Below, in pieces: positions 52,001-63,567 of a stretch of 64,000 nucleotides of DNA. The DNA is from Carcharhinus amblyrhynchos (taxonomy: Eukaryota). The stretch is taken from the NCBI GenBank assembly GCA_965287045.1, contig OZ336878.1, positions 15,748,001 through 15,812,000 of the forward strand, given 5' to 3'. Below the pieces are notes generated by a model, which was not told where the DNA came from, ran no database searches, and saw only the letters and a list, made by a program, of their open reading frames with translations. Made by a program: the position numbers and the translations under genes. The first letter of the stretch is position 1; each line of letters starts with the position of its first letter.

Positions 52001-52158
52001 ACGTGGAGATGCCGGCGTTGGACTGGGGTAAACACAGTAAGAAGTCTCACAACACCAGGTCACACACCTGAAGGAGGAAGAGCGTTTCCGAAAGCTTGTG
52101 GGTTTACCTGCAAATAAACTTGTTGGACTTTAACCTGGTGTTGTGAGACTTCTTACTG
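52001..52158. mobile_element. Penelope-like mini-element with inverted repeat and 13-bp TSD
   Basis: TSD ACTTTAACTCAAA (51988-52000, 52159-52171); perfect 26-bp inverted repeat 52035-52060/52133-52158. Confidence 0.75.
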
Positions 52159-54145
52159 ACTTTAACTCAAAGGCAGACCCTTCCTGATGCTGAACATGGT
52201 TTCAGAGTCCATTCAAACCTTAACTTTCATTTCACAAGTGCAGGTTGGCCAGAGGCTGAAACTATTTGTTAAGTGCATCTTAGTGGCTGAAGTTGGTAAA
52301 GTCAACATTCAGACCACAAAGCTGCAGAATATGAAGATGCAATAGTGTTTCTTCATGGTGTTGAGCTTGGTTAGATCAGCGTTAGATGCAATGATTGGAG
52401 TAGAAATTGAAGTGGAAAACCACAGTGAGATCAGGATCACACTTCCAGCCATCATTCTAACTCACTTTGGTCTCCCTGCGACCCCATGGTGACCTGCAAA
52501 TGTAGTGCACTATATGACAGAAGTACCTGGTGTTCCTTAGAAAGTGTTTGGAGTGACATTCAATATATGTGGCAAGCAAATTCCCTTGTTATGGTTTCAT
52601 AGGGAGGTTGCAACGGAGGGAGAATTGGGATGGTGAAGAGTGAGCAAGCATGTATCGTAAAAGTGGTTCCTTTTCAGGACGGAGATACACACTTGCTCTA
52701 GAGTTGAAACTATGTATGACAAAAATTATGGGAAATTATCTGCTGGATGCAAGAACTAGTGGAATGGAATGTGAGAATAAATAGAACACTGGCTGTCATG
52801 GTTTTGGCACTAAATGGTTTTCTCTGCTCTGTCACTGGCTTCTCCCAATGTCTGAGCAAAGATTCAGGAATGGCAATGGCAAGCAATCTGAGCTATTGGA
52901 ATGCATCATGTGTAGCCAAAGAGTGATTAAATACACGCTAACCGACCACAATCTGGGCTCTAAAACAACAGATGGTTTATTAATAAGGAATAAATGAACA
53001 GAATATCACAAAACTGTGACTCATATGCTTCACTATTTTCTTTGCTTAAAATAGCATAGGCACTCACTGCCTGTCTATACGCGGAGTTTAGACGGACCTG
53101 TTACATCTGTGAAATGTGCTGCAGTTTTAAAATTGATCGACCTTTTATTCTGATTAAAATTAAATTTCCACGACTGTTAAAAAGATGAAACCTGATGGTT
53201 TTCTGGCATCTTCCATCTGAAGATTTATTCAGACTAAAAGCAATAAGGCAATTGCATCTCTACAAATTACATTAGACCAACAGTTGTTCTTAGGTTATCT
53301 TATTTGTATCCAAGTGCAATTTCATGTGCTGTGAAGAAGTAGATACAGGCCTAATGGCAAGTGGAATAAATTGAATAGTGTGATACCAAAATAGCAATGG
53401 TCACTAAGTGTTTCTTAAATGACCTGACCAAAAAAAAATGACTCAAGGAAATTGACATTGCGGCAAGGTTATCATTTTATTGCCTATCCCTATTGTCCTT
53501 GAGAAAATAGTGGTAAGCCTCTGTCTTAAACCACTGCAGTCTGGATAGTAAAAATACACCAACAGTGTTATTGAGGAGGGAGTTGTAGGATCTAACCTAA
53601 CTGTGTATGAGGAATGGTGATATATTTCCAAATCAGGATGATATGTGACTTGAAGGGGAATTTGCAGGTAGTGGTGCATTTTGTGCACCAGCTGCCCTTG
53701 TTCTTTTAGGCAGTGAGGCAGGTATTACCAAACAAATCTTGGCAATGTGCTGCAACACAACTGCTGCAAAATACACACTGCAGTCATGGTACATCAGCAG
53801 TGGAGAAGGTGGTTGCTTAAAGGTGGGATGTCAATCAAGTGGACTGCTTTATCCCAGATGGTGCCTAGCTTCTTGTGTGTTGTTTGAACTGTATTCATCC
53901 AGGCAAGTGGAGAATATTATATCAAACTCCAGATCTGTTCCTTGCAGATAGTGGAAGATTTTGAAGAGACAGGTGGTGAGTCACTTGCCTCTGAACACCC
54001 AGCCTCCTACCTGCTCCTGTAGCCACAGTATTTATGTAACCGACCCAGTTAAGTTTCAGCTCAGTGGTGATCCCCTAAATATTCATGGAGAGAGTATTTA
54101 ATGATGGTAATGCCATTAGATGTCAAGGGGAGGCAGCTGAACCTG

Positions 54146-54475
54146 GGTGGCACGGTAGCACAGTGGTTAGCACTGGTGCCTCACAGCACCAGGGACTGGG
54201 TTCGATCCCCGGCTTGGGTCACTGTCTGTGTGGAGTTTGCATATTCTCCCTGTGTCTGCATGGGTTTCCTCCGGGTGGTCCGGTTTCCTCCCACAGTCCA
54301 AAGGTGTGTGGGATAGGTGGATTGGCCATGCTAAATTGCCTTTTAGTATCAGTGGGACTAGCTAGGGTGAATGCATGGGGTTATGGGGATAGGGCTTGGG
54401 TGAGATTATGGATGGTGCAGACTCGATGGGCCGAATGACCTCCTTCTACACTGTAGGATTCTATGATTCTATGAT
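54146..54475 (+). mobile_element. HE1-type V-SINE, full length
   Basis: GGGTGGCACGGTAGCACAGTGGTTAGC, GGTTCGATCCC B-box, (ATTCTATG)n tail. Confidence 0.9.
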
Positions 54476-54647
54476 CATTGCCTACTTATGCGATGAATAA
54501 AATTCACGTCATATATCAGTTCAAATGTAGAAATCAACCAAGATTGGCCCAGATAGACCATAGGACTGTCCTGAAGTCACTAGGAATTAACATTAATATC
54601 ATGCACATTGTTTCCAGCAACCAGAAGAGTATCACTTTCAAAAACTT

Positions 54648-54977
54648 GGGTGGCACGGTAGCACAGTGGTTAGCACTGCTGCTTCACAGCTGGGTTCAGT
54701 TCCTGGCTTGAGTCACTGTCTGTGTGGAGTTTGCACATTCTCCTCATGTCTGCGTAGGTTTCCTTTAGGTGCTCTGGTTTCCTCCCACAGTCCAAAGATG
54801 TGCTGTTTAGGTTGATTGGCCACGCTAAAAATTGCCTCTTAGAGTCCTTAGATGTTAGGTTAGAGGGATTAGTGGGTAAATCTGTAGGGATTATGGGGTT
54901 AGGGCCTGGGAGGGATTGTGGTCAGCGCAGACTCGATGGGCTGAATGGTCTCTTCCTGTACTGTAGGGATTTTATGA
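54648..54977 (+). mobile_element. HE1-type V-SINE
   Basis: Same layout as 54146. Confidence 0.86.
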
Positions 54978-55091
54978 ACTTATCATTTTATTTTTCTAAC
55001 TAATAAACAAATTACAGATAATAGAGAAAACTCTTTTAGCAATAAAGAATCATCCAATCAGGCAATGGGAAGTCTATTCGCTTTTCAGTAG

Positions 55092-55192
55092 TTCTGACGA
55101 AGGGTCATCTAGACTCTTAACATTGATTCTATTATCTCTCTCCACAGATGATGTCAGGCCTGCTGAGACTTTTCCAGCATTTTCTGTTTTTG
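55092..55192 (+). mobile_element. Penelope-like terminal fragment, second family
   Basis: CTGACGAAGGGTCATCTAGACTC...CCTGCTGAG..TTTCCAGCATTTTCTG; related minus-strand copy near 61758-61850. Confidence 0.5.
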
Positions 55193-55287
55193 AATGGAAA
55201 GTCTGTCCACTTTTTTTTAACAGGTGGGAATGGGGCAGGAGCTGAACAGGGTTTGGAGAAAACACACAATACTGGCATTTCTGGACT

Positions 55288-55530
55288 ACACACTTAACAT
55301 CCAGTGCTCAAAAACAGCTTCTTCCCTGCTGCTGTCAAATTTTTGAATGGACTTACCTTGCATTAAGTTGATCTTTCTTGACACCCCAGCTATGACTGTA
55401 ACACTACATTCTGCACTCTCTTGCTGCCTTCTCTATGAACAGTATCTTTTGTTTGTATAGTGCGCAAGAAACAATACTTTTCATGCTATGTTAATACGTG
55501 TGACAATAATAAATCAAATCAAATCAAAAT
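55288..55530 (+). mobile_element. Rex/Babar-like LINE 3' end
   Basis: Matches 1-217. Confidence 0.78.
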
Positions 55531-56611
55531 AATGGACAAAATTTCCCCAAATTTAAATATTGGGAAGAGCAGCCACTGGTTTCAGTTTCTGTGATAAACC
55601 ATTAATTCCAACCCTCTCCTTGGTAACTGCCTGGACTGACAATTTGTAACCTTGTTGCCCCATTTGAGCATCAACCCTCTGATAAATCTCCATTCCCCAA
55701 GCTCTGGCTTCTTGAGTATTCCCCATTTTAATCCCTCCACCATCACTGCGCTCACATTCCCTCCATAAATCTCTTTATCCTTTAAGATGCTCCTTAAAAC
55801 CTACCTCTTCAACCAATCTTGTGTCCATCCACAATGATATTATTTTGAGCGTTGCCTTGTCTTCCTTGTCCCACACCTAGTGGTACTCCTAAGGCTGACC
55901 TCTGTCTGTTTCCACAGCTAGTAATTCCGGGAACAGATTGGTCGTCTGTTGCCAGAGGCTGATAGTTTGAGGGTTGCCAATCCACCTCAGGCATGGCTAC
56001 CAGGGGTCCTTCCCACTCTTACCATCAGCCATTGGCATGTTGGAAGGATTTCCCAGATTGACACACTCAACTTGTTTGGCCGCATTATGAACATACCTTC
56101 TTTGGCCACCAAGCCCTGAGGTGGGACTCCAACCCCGGGGCTTCTGGCTCAGAGGCAGGGGTGCTATCCACTGAGCCACAGGGCTTTCTGTTTGCTTTGA
56201 AACTCTCCTGTGAAGTGCCTGGAGTTTCACTAACAGTCCTATATAAATACATCTTGTTGTTATTGCTGTCGACACTCAGCTGGGCAGGCAGCATCTGTGA
56301 CAGTTCAGCCAAGCAATCTCGTCCTCTCTGCAGCCAGAGCGTTGACAGCCCTCCGGCACTATCACCGAGTCTCCAGAGAAACACAGTCAATGTTTCAACT
56401 TGGTATTGTTCTGTAAGATTTAATCTTCTGAAGGGACAATTCCCCGGAATACTCCCTAATCCCCAAATGTAATTAAAGATAAAATGGCAGAATATAGCTG
56501 ACATCTCAAATCTCTCCCTTCCCCCCCCCCTTACCCCCCTCCCCCAATCCCGGACATTCTTTCTTCCACCTTTTTCCCTCGGGAGAAAGATACAAAAATC
56601 TGAGGTCACGT

Positions 56612-56836
56612 ACCAACCGACTCAAGAACAGCTTCTTCCCTGCTGCTGTCAGCCTTTTAAATGGACCTACCCCACATTAAGTTGATCTTTCTCTGCACCC
56701 TAGCTATGACTGTAACACTACACCCTGCACGCTCTTGTTTCCTTCTCTATGAACGGTATGCTTTGTACAGTGCCCAAGAAACGATACTTTTCACTATGCT
56801 AACAAATGTGACAATAATGAATCAAATCAAATCAAA
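56612..56836 (+). mobile_element. Rex/Babar-like LINE 3' end
   Basis: Matches 1-217; about 0.6 kb upstream of the EPHX4 ATG. Confidence 0.78.
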
Positions 56837-57139
56837 ATGAATTCCTGTCCAAGCAGTGCTTTTATTTTGCAGGAACTATAATATGGATTGGATTGTCTTT
56901 GTTGAATTGGGGTTTTTTTTCCCTACAGAAGGGCTTTATTAAATGCGAACCTGACTCCTTGGAGCAAAGCTGACCCTGAACACAAGCATGTTGTGTAATC
57001 CCAGCCTTTCGGCAATGCAGCACAGTTTCCCCACATTATTGTTGTTCTGTGCGATGCTTTGTGTTGATCTGGAGTCTGCAGTGTACCTGTGCTACCTAAC
57101 CCTGGTCTCTCAGCCGCCTTTGAGTCATTGTCTGGCTGC

Positions 57140-57411
57140 CCCTTTTTGGGGGGGGGCAGTGGGTGGGTGGAGGGGGAGGGGGGGAGTTGTTTCCGATTGC
57201 AGACATCGATCCGACCAATGAAATGTATAACAAATATTTGAAAGCACGCTTTACGCCGGCGCACAATCTTTGACGTTGCAATCTCTGGTGGTTTCCATGA
57301 CTTCAGTTTTAAGGGGATCTTCCTTGGCACCCGCTGACTGAGGGTGGATCTGCTGGAGAGTGAAGGATCTGCTGGATCGCAGGCGAGGCGGCTCTCATTC
57401 CCAGCCGGACT
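57140..57411 (+). promoter_or_regulatory. CpG/G-rich promoter and 5' UTR region of EPHX4
   Basis: Local rise in CpG and GC content before the ATG; CCAAT near 57215; G-runs 57147-57185. Confidence 0.55.
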
Positions 57412-57654
57412 ATGGTGAAACCTCTTTGCCGCTTCCTGATGTTGACAACTCGACTGCTTGTGAAATCCAGGAACCTCCTATTCTGGGCTCTCGCTTACAG
57501 TTTCTGCGGGCTGTGTGCGTGCCTGGTCGCGCTGAAACTTTTGTGGCACATTATCAGGAAGCCGGCAGAGACCTTTCAGTGGAGTGTCCGAGAGACCCTG
57601 CCCGCCTGCTTAAACGACACCTCCCTGGGGACTCACTGCTATGTGCGGATTAAG
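57412..57654 (+). CDS. EPHX4: EPHX4 (epoxide hydrolase 4, ABHD7) coding exon 1
   Basis: MVKPLCRFL...LLFWALAYSFCGLCACLVALKLLW...ACLNDTSLGTHCYVRIK with an N-terminal hydrophobic anchor; LGTHCYVRIK matches EPHX4; AAG|GTAAAG donor. Confidence 0.93.
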
Positions 57655-57761
57655 GTAAAGACTGGGATGGGACTGGGCAGAGACTCAGTGCAGGCAGCAC
57701 TGAGGGGTGGGGGTGGTGGGTACTGGTTCCAAATGTATTTATTTTGTCATTAACACTCCCC

Positions 57762-58105
57762 CACACATACATGCACACATACACATATATCCATACATAC
57801 ATACATATACAAACAGACACACACGCAAACATATACACATACATACACACATGCATATACACACGCATACATACACACACATACATATATACACAGATAC
57901 ATACACACACGCATACATTTACACATACACACATACAAATACACATGCACATGCATACAAAAACACACATACGTTCATACGTACACATACATACATACAC
58001 ACATACATGCATATACATATACACCGGCACACACACATATATACAGTCAGACACACACATGCACACACACTTATAAACACAAACATACAAACAGACAGAC
58101 ACATA
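57762..58105. repeat. Degenerate (CA/TA)n microsatellite in EPHX4 intron 1
   Basis: ~340 bp of alternating purine-pyrimidine CA/TA units. Confidence 0.95.
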
Positions 58106-60077
58106 TGTTTATTCTTGTTGACCGCCAGGAGGCCTGAATCTGATTTATTAACAGTGACTCCGAATTGGGGGCGGGGGTGGGGGTTGGTGGGCTGAACTGT
58201 TGGAGAATTCCTACACTCATCAAACCTCTGGCTGATGCAGAAATGTCCCTGTTCCTTAAAAATAAATAAAAACTAGAGTGTTGTGAAATCGCTGGGCCGC
58301 CCCCCGGGGCCCTGAACTGTACAAACATGCGCTGCCCTCCCTGCGGCACTTTACTCTTTCTCCCCTTTGCAATGGGGCTCACAATGGGCCAGCCTTGTTT
58401 ATCCACCAGTCTGGCTTCAGACACAAAGTGCTGAAATTGTGGACAGCTCCTGAGTAAACCTGCGCACGGCCGCCGGTGTGTTCAATAAAACGCGCACCAA
58501 TTCATCAAATAATGATTTTGCAGAACAAACATTTTCAGGTGTATCATTTGGACTGTCCGTTGCCTTTTAATTTAAAGTAATGTTGCCTGTTCCCCACCCG
58601 CATGGACGGACTTCTCAAACTGGATCGTTTTCACAAAGTAGGAAGCCTTTCAGCTGTCAAGCACGTCCTCCCAGTGTAGGTCACCTCTATCTGTGTCTTG
58701 TTTAACACGCTGCTGGAATAGTAATTCCAAAACTGCCTCGGAGCAAGAGTGTGACACAGTATTAGAATACTTCCAGAGATTTTTATTTTTCAACCAAACG
58801 CCGAATTTCGAAATCTGTTTGTTCCCCTTATCCTCAAAGCAATGTTAGCGGATTCCGCCTTGGGGGAATAACCAATTTGAAGATTTCCATGTGAATCTGT
58901 ATTGTTGTTTCCGCAGAGAAACTGTTACATTTAATATTAACAATGACAATTTGAAGCTTAGTGGTGCCAGGGCAGTTTTGCTGCCCAGCGCATTTCAATG
59001 GGATCGCTTGTTGTAACAGTGCAGTGTAAAATATATATCTCGTACGATTTGTGCCTTCTCAAAATTAAGTGCTTTGCGGTATATAGTGGTTTCAAATCGG
59101 ATTAATTGTTGCCTGAACTGTTAGAAAAAGGTCCAGTAGTTTTAGTGACGCGGCGATAAATCACCTCTTGGCAGCTGCAAAGCAGTTTAGAAAAAAAATC
59201 GTTGTATTTAATAATTGAAAATTGTGACTCTCAATGCCTCATACTGCAGCCAACAGTCAGCACTGCACAGATTTGTTAATGTAACAGATATTTGTGCTAT
59301 CTAAATTCTTCTTGTTTAAATGTGGAGTTAGTTGAGAAATTTAATATTGGGTATTCTGTCTTTCTTTAAATCCATGTTTTGTTATCCTGGGTGTATGTCT
59401 CTGGAATGTGAGGTTGATCGCTGGTTAGACAAGTATTATTTGTACTGCTAAAATACACTGGAGTGATCATCATCTTATGATGCACAAGATAAAATTGCAG
59501 AACGGAGTGATGACTGAAAGGTCTGTCATTCTGCCTCCAATCTGTTACATCCTGTAACATATTTTGCTCTGTAAAGGCGTCCTAATAAATAACATTTTTG
59601 AAATCTAATGGATGAAATCCATCTGCTGTGATCTTTGCCTAGTGTTTTTTTTTCCCGTATTGAGTCTCTGTTTCAGATTGTTTCCCCCTCTCTATAGCTG
59701 TTCCAGGGTGACTTGTCCTTTCTGTCCAGTCCAAACCTACCCTCAGCATCGGTGCTGCTGCTGCACTCTGTCCGCTTCCCCCTCCCCTCCCCCTCCAGCG
59801 TGCCACCAAACAAGAGATGCTGTGAAATGTGAGCCGTGCTGTCAGTGTTGGTGCTGGGTAAAGTGGCACTGGAGATGTTTGGATAACACACTTAAGATTG
59901 AGAGGCAGCAGCATGACTGATTTGGGTGGGTGGGGGGGGTGGTGTGTAATGATCCAGTGGGAGTTATCTAGCAGGATGAGTCATGAGACATATAGAAAAG
60001 GAGATTTGGAGACAAGACATCAAGTTCTTGTTTGAGATGGTGGTGGGCAGCTTTATTTGAAGGCAGGAGTGTAAAGA

Positions 60078-60392
60078 GTGGCACAATAGTTAGCATTGCT
60101 GCCTCGAAGCTCCAGGGACCTGGGTTCGATTCCCAACTTGGGTCACTGTCTGTGTGGAGTTTGCACATTCTCCTGCGTGGATTTCCTCCGGATGCTCCAG
60201 TTTCTTTCCACAGTCCAAAGATATGCAGGTTAGGCTGAGAGGCCATGTTAAATTGCCCCTGGGATGCATAGATTGGCGGGGTAAATATGTGGGGTAAAGG
60301 GGATAGAGCCAGGGCAGGACTGTTGTTGGTGCACACTCGAGTGATGGGCCGAATGGCCTCCTTCTGCACTGTCGGATTCTATGATTCTATGA
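60078..60392 (+). mobile_element. HE1-type V-SINE
   Basis: Head, core and GATTCTATGATTCTATGA tail. Confidence 0.86.
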
Positions 60393-61140
60393 AAGTGAGC
60401 AAGGTGTAGCTTAGGTTAACCAATGGTCGAAAGAACAGAGACCTTTGAAGCCCACACCTCGCACAGACATATTCACAGAGATCTCCATAAGAAAAGAAAG
60501 CAGAGGTAGAAATGACAGGCAAGTGGGAGATGAAAGGAAATATGCATGGAAATGAGAATATTGGAGGAACAGAAGGACAAGGCAGGAAGAAATAACCTGA
60601 ATTTCAGCCCCACGTTGTTTTCAAGTTGGCTGAGCATTTTCACAGCTCTGAAGGAGATGCCACTCTATAAAAGATACTGTCCAACCTCAGTAATCTTATT
60701 ATAGCTCGTCTCCTTCCACACGGTTCTGTAGCTGTAAGATTGAGAAAGAAGGTATGTGTGTGTGGGGAGGATGTGGGTGTAAGTGATGAAGGGGGTAGGA
60801 ATGTGGAGGAGGATGCTAGAATCTGGAGCAGTTTGGGTCACCTGTACTTTCCCAGTTACCATGGTGCATAACAGTCATTTGAAGTACGGATTTAACTATG
60901 CGTGAATGTTTCCCGCCTTATCAAATTCAATCACTTTTTTGCTAATTTATTCACTGCTATTATTATAATCTATTTGAAGCTTTAATCATAGTAAGTGACT
61001 TTGGTTTGGTATCTACAAGGACTTGCATTTTCTATTCTTGACTCTTAAAGCAGCTGAAATGGGTGTCATTATGGACAACAAGAGTGTTTTAATGGTGGTG
61101 AATTTTAATTAGCCAATGTTTAACTTAGATGACAGTGAAG

Positions 61141-61442
61141 GGTGGCATGGTGGCACAGTGGTTAGCACTACTGCCTCACAGCACCAGAGACCCGGATTCA
61201 ATTCCCAGCTTGGGTCACTGTCTGTGCGGAGTCTGCACGTTCTTCCTGTGTCTGCATTGGTTTCCTCCGGGTGCTCCAGTTTCCTCCCACAGTCCAGAAC
61301 ACATGCTGGTTAGGTGCATTGGCCGTGCTAAATTCTCCCTCAGTGTACCCAAACAGGTGCCAGAGTGTGGCAACTAGGGAATTTTCACAGTAATTTCATT
61401 GCTGTATTAATGTAAACCTACTTGTGACTAATAAATAAACTT
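61141..61442 (+). mobile_element. V-SINE family 2, full length
   Basis: Head/core plus CCTACTTGTGACTAATAAATAAAC tail. Confidence 0.86.
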
Positions 61443-62381
61443 TAAAAAATGAGTGACATATTTAATTAGCAACAAGTTGAAGGTTAAAATTCTAATAATA
61501 CCTTAATGTTATCAGCAGAAGTGTATGTCATCTTGTTCAGGAAAGTATATTTTTAACTGGATAATTCTGAAGTAAGAAGTGTTTTGCACAAAGGAGACTG
61601 TAAGAAAATTCATAGGAGAATCTAAGAAAATGGCACTGTTCACCTCATATGGGCTAGTCTGACATTCAAAAGGAGATGTGGAAATAATTCTATTTAAAAA
61701 AAGTCACCAAAAGAAAGGTTAGAATTTAATGTTTCTTTACATATAGAGTTTTGGGAAATAAAACAAAAAAAGTGTTGAAATACTCAGCAGGTCACAAAGC
61801 ATCTGTAGCAATGAACAGTAATTAATGTTTCAAGTCAAAGAACTTTCTTTGGAATGGAAGGAAAATAGAAATGTAAGAGATTTTAAGATCTAAAGATGTG
61901 CAGGTTAGGTGAATTAGCCATGAAAAATTGCCCCATTGTGTCCCGAGATATTTAGGTTAGGGGGATTAGTGGGGTAAGTACGTGGGGTTACGGAGTAAGC
62001 CTGGGTAAGAGTCAGTGCACACTTGGTGGGCTGAATGGCCTCCTTCTGAACTGTAGGGATTCTAAGGTTCTAAGTCAGTAATGAGGAGGTGGGAGGCGCA
62101 GGAGGCCGGTGATCAAGGGTTGGGATTCAAGGAAGAGATGGTGTTGGAGGGAAGGGGAGGGGAGGAAGAGTTCGGAGGAGTATTGGTACACACAGAGCTG
62201 TTGAAGCTTGCGAATGTTCACACCTGAAAGGAAAATAAATGGTGTTTTGTGGAAGGGCTGAATGAGGTGAAAGATGAAATGAAACTGTGAAATGGATGAC
62301 AGAATCAGGCGGTGGTGCTTCAGGGAGAGACCTCACTTAATATCACCTTATCCAGCTCAGTATTAAGTTTTCATTGAAGTA

Positions 62382-62705
62382 TCATAGAATCCTACAATGC
62401 AGAGGGAGGCCATTCAGCCTATCGAGTCTGCACTGACCACAGTCCTATCCAGACCCTATCCCCATAACCCTATGCATCTATCTTAGCTAGTCCCCCTGAC
62501 ACTAAGGGGCAACTTAGTATGGCCAATCCACCTAACCCACACATCTTTGGACTGTGGGAGGAAACTGGAGCATCCGGAGGAAACCCACGCAGGCACGGGG
62601 AGAATGTGCAAACATCACACGCACAGTCACCTGAGATTGGAATTGAACCTAAGTGCCCGACAGCGTGAGGCAGCAGTGCTAATCACTGTGCCATCGTGCC
62701 ACCCT
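62382..62705 (-). mobile_element. HE1-type V-SINE, full length
   Basis: Reverse complement of the HE1 layout; a partial + copy also lies at ~61890-62070. Confidence 0.87.
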
Positions 62706-62894
62706 TAACGTTCCTGCAAAGGTCCTTGAGTCATTTTAGTACATTTAGGGCCCTATTGAAATATAAGACGTTGTTATAAATTCCGTGTAATTCTATGTAA
62801 AACTGGTTGGCAGGAGAAAAATGTCTCTGGAATCTACTGAATTGTCATCAAAGCCAAACAAAATTACAAATATCCTTCAGGGAAGAGAACCAAC

Positions 62895-62950
62895 AATCCT
62901 AAGCTGCTGTCCTGGAATCCTAACCTGCTGTCCTGGAATCCTAACCTGCT
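62895..62950. repeat. 21-bp tandem repeat, ~2.7 copies
   Basis: Unit AATCCTAA(G/C)CTGCTGTCCTGG. Confidence 0.85.
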
Positions 62951-63481
62951 TTACCTACATTGGGGCTCCAGTCCCGCATTATGCAGTTGATCCTTCATGG
63001 TCAAAAAATATTAATTTCCAGTATTGGGGATAGATGGGAACATGGAACCTGAAACACAAACCAATCAGCCATGATCTTATTGAATGGTGAAGCATGCTCG
63101 AAGGGCCAAATGGCCTACCTTTGCTCCTATGTTCATATTGACCACATCCCAAAGGCATCTTAAATGTTGTCCTGTAAACCTTACATCGAATTGCTCCCAT
63201 TTTATTGAGCGCGTGAGTTGTTCGGTGATGGAGAATTTACTCAGAAGTCTTGTCTCATTGTTTTCCCATGGGTAGGATGTCGAACATTAAGATTACTTAT
63301 TGCTTTATACCACAGTTTCATGCAGTCCAGGCAACAGTGTAGATGGTTTATCTGGGTAACCATAGTCTCTCGTGTAGCATGTATGTATACAAAACAATTT
63401 AACAAGGAATCTACCATCTGCTGCTTTAAAATGGATGATATATATTGTACTTGATGTTTTGTTTACTCTCTCAATTTCCAG

Positions 63482-63567
63482 GAATCAGGATTAAGGTTCC
63501 ACTATGTTGCGGCAGGGGAGAGAGGCAGACCTCTTATGCTATTGCTGCATGGATTCCCAGAGTTCTG
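63482..63567 (+). CDS. EPHX4: EPHX4 coding exon 2 (HGFP oxyanion-hole motif)
   Basis: caatttccag acceptor; [29 protein letters not shown]; TG|GTAATC donor; gene continues beyond the window. Confidence 0.95.

Noticed and set aside
54146-54225. tRNA genes at the many GGCACGGTAGCACAGTGGTTAGC...GGTTCGATCCC sites
   Set aside because: They continue into V-SINE core and LINE tails, so they are SINE heads.
57360-57653. Overlapping 97-aa ORF across EPHX4 exon 1
   Set aside because: Starts at GTG, is an alternative frame of a GC-rich exon and has no recognisable motif.
57650-58195. His/Thr-rich and Val/Cys-rich ORFs of 110-162 aa
   Set aside because: Translation artefacts of the CA/TA microsatellite.
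62895-62950. CRISPR-like repeat
   Set aside because: A simple 21-bp tandem duplication without spacers, in a eukaryotic intron.
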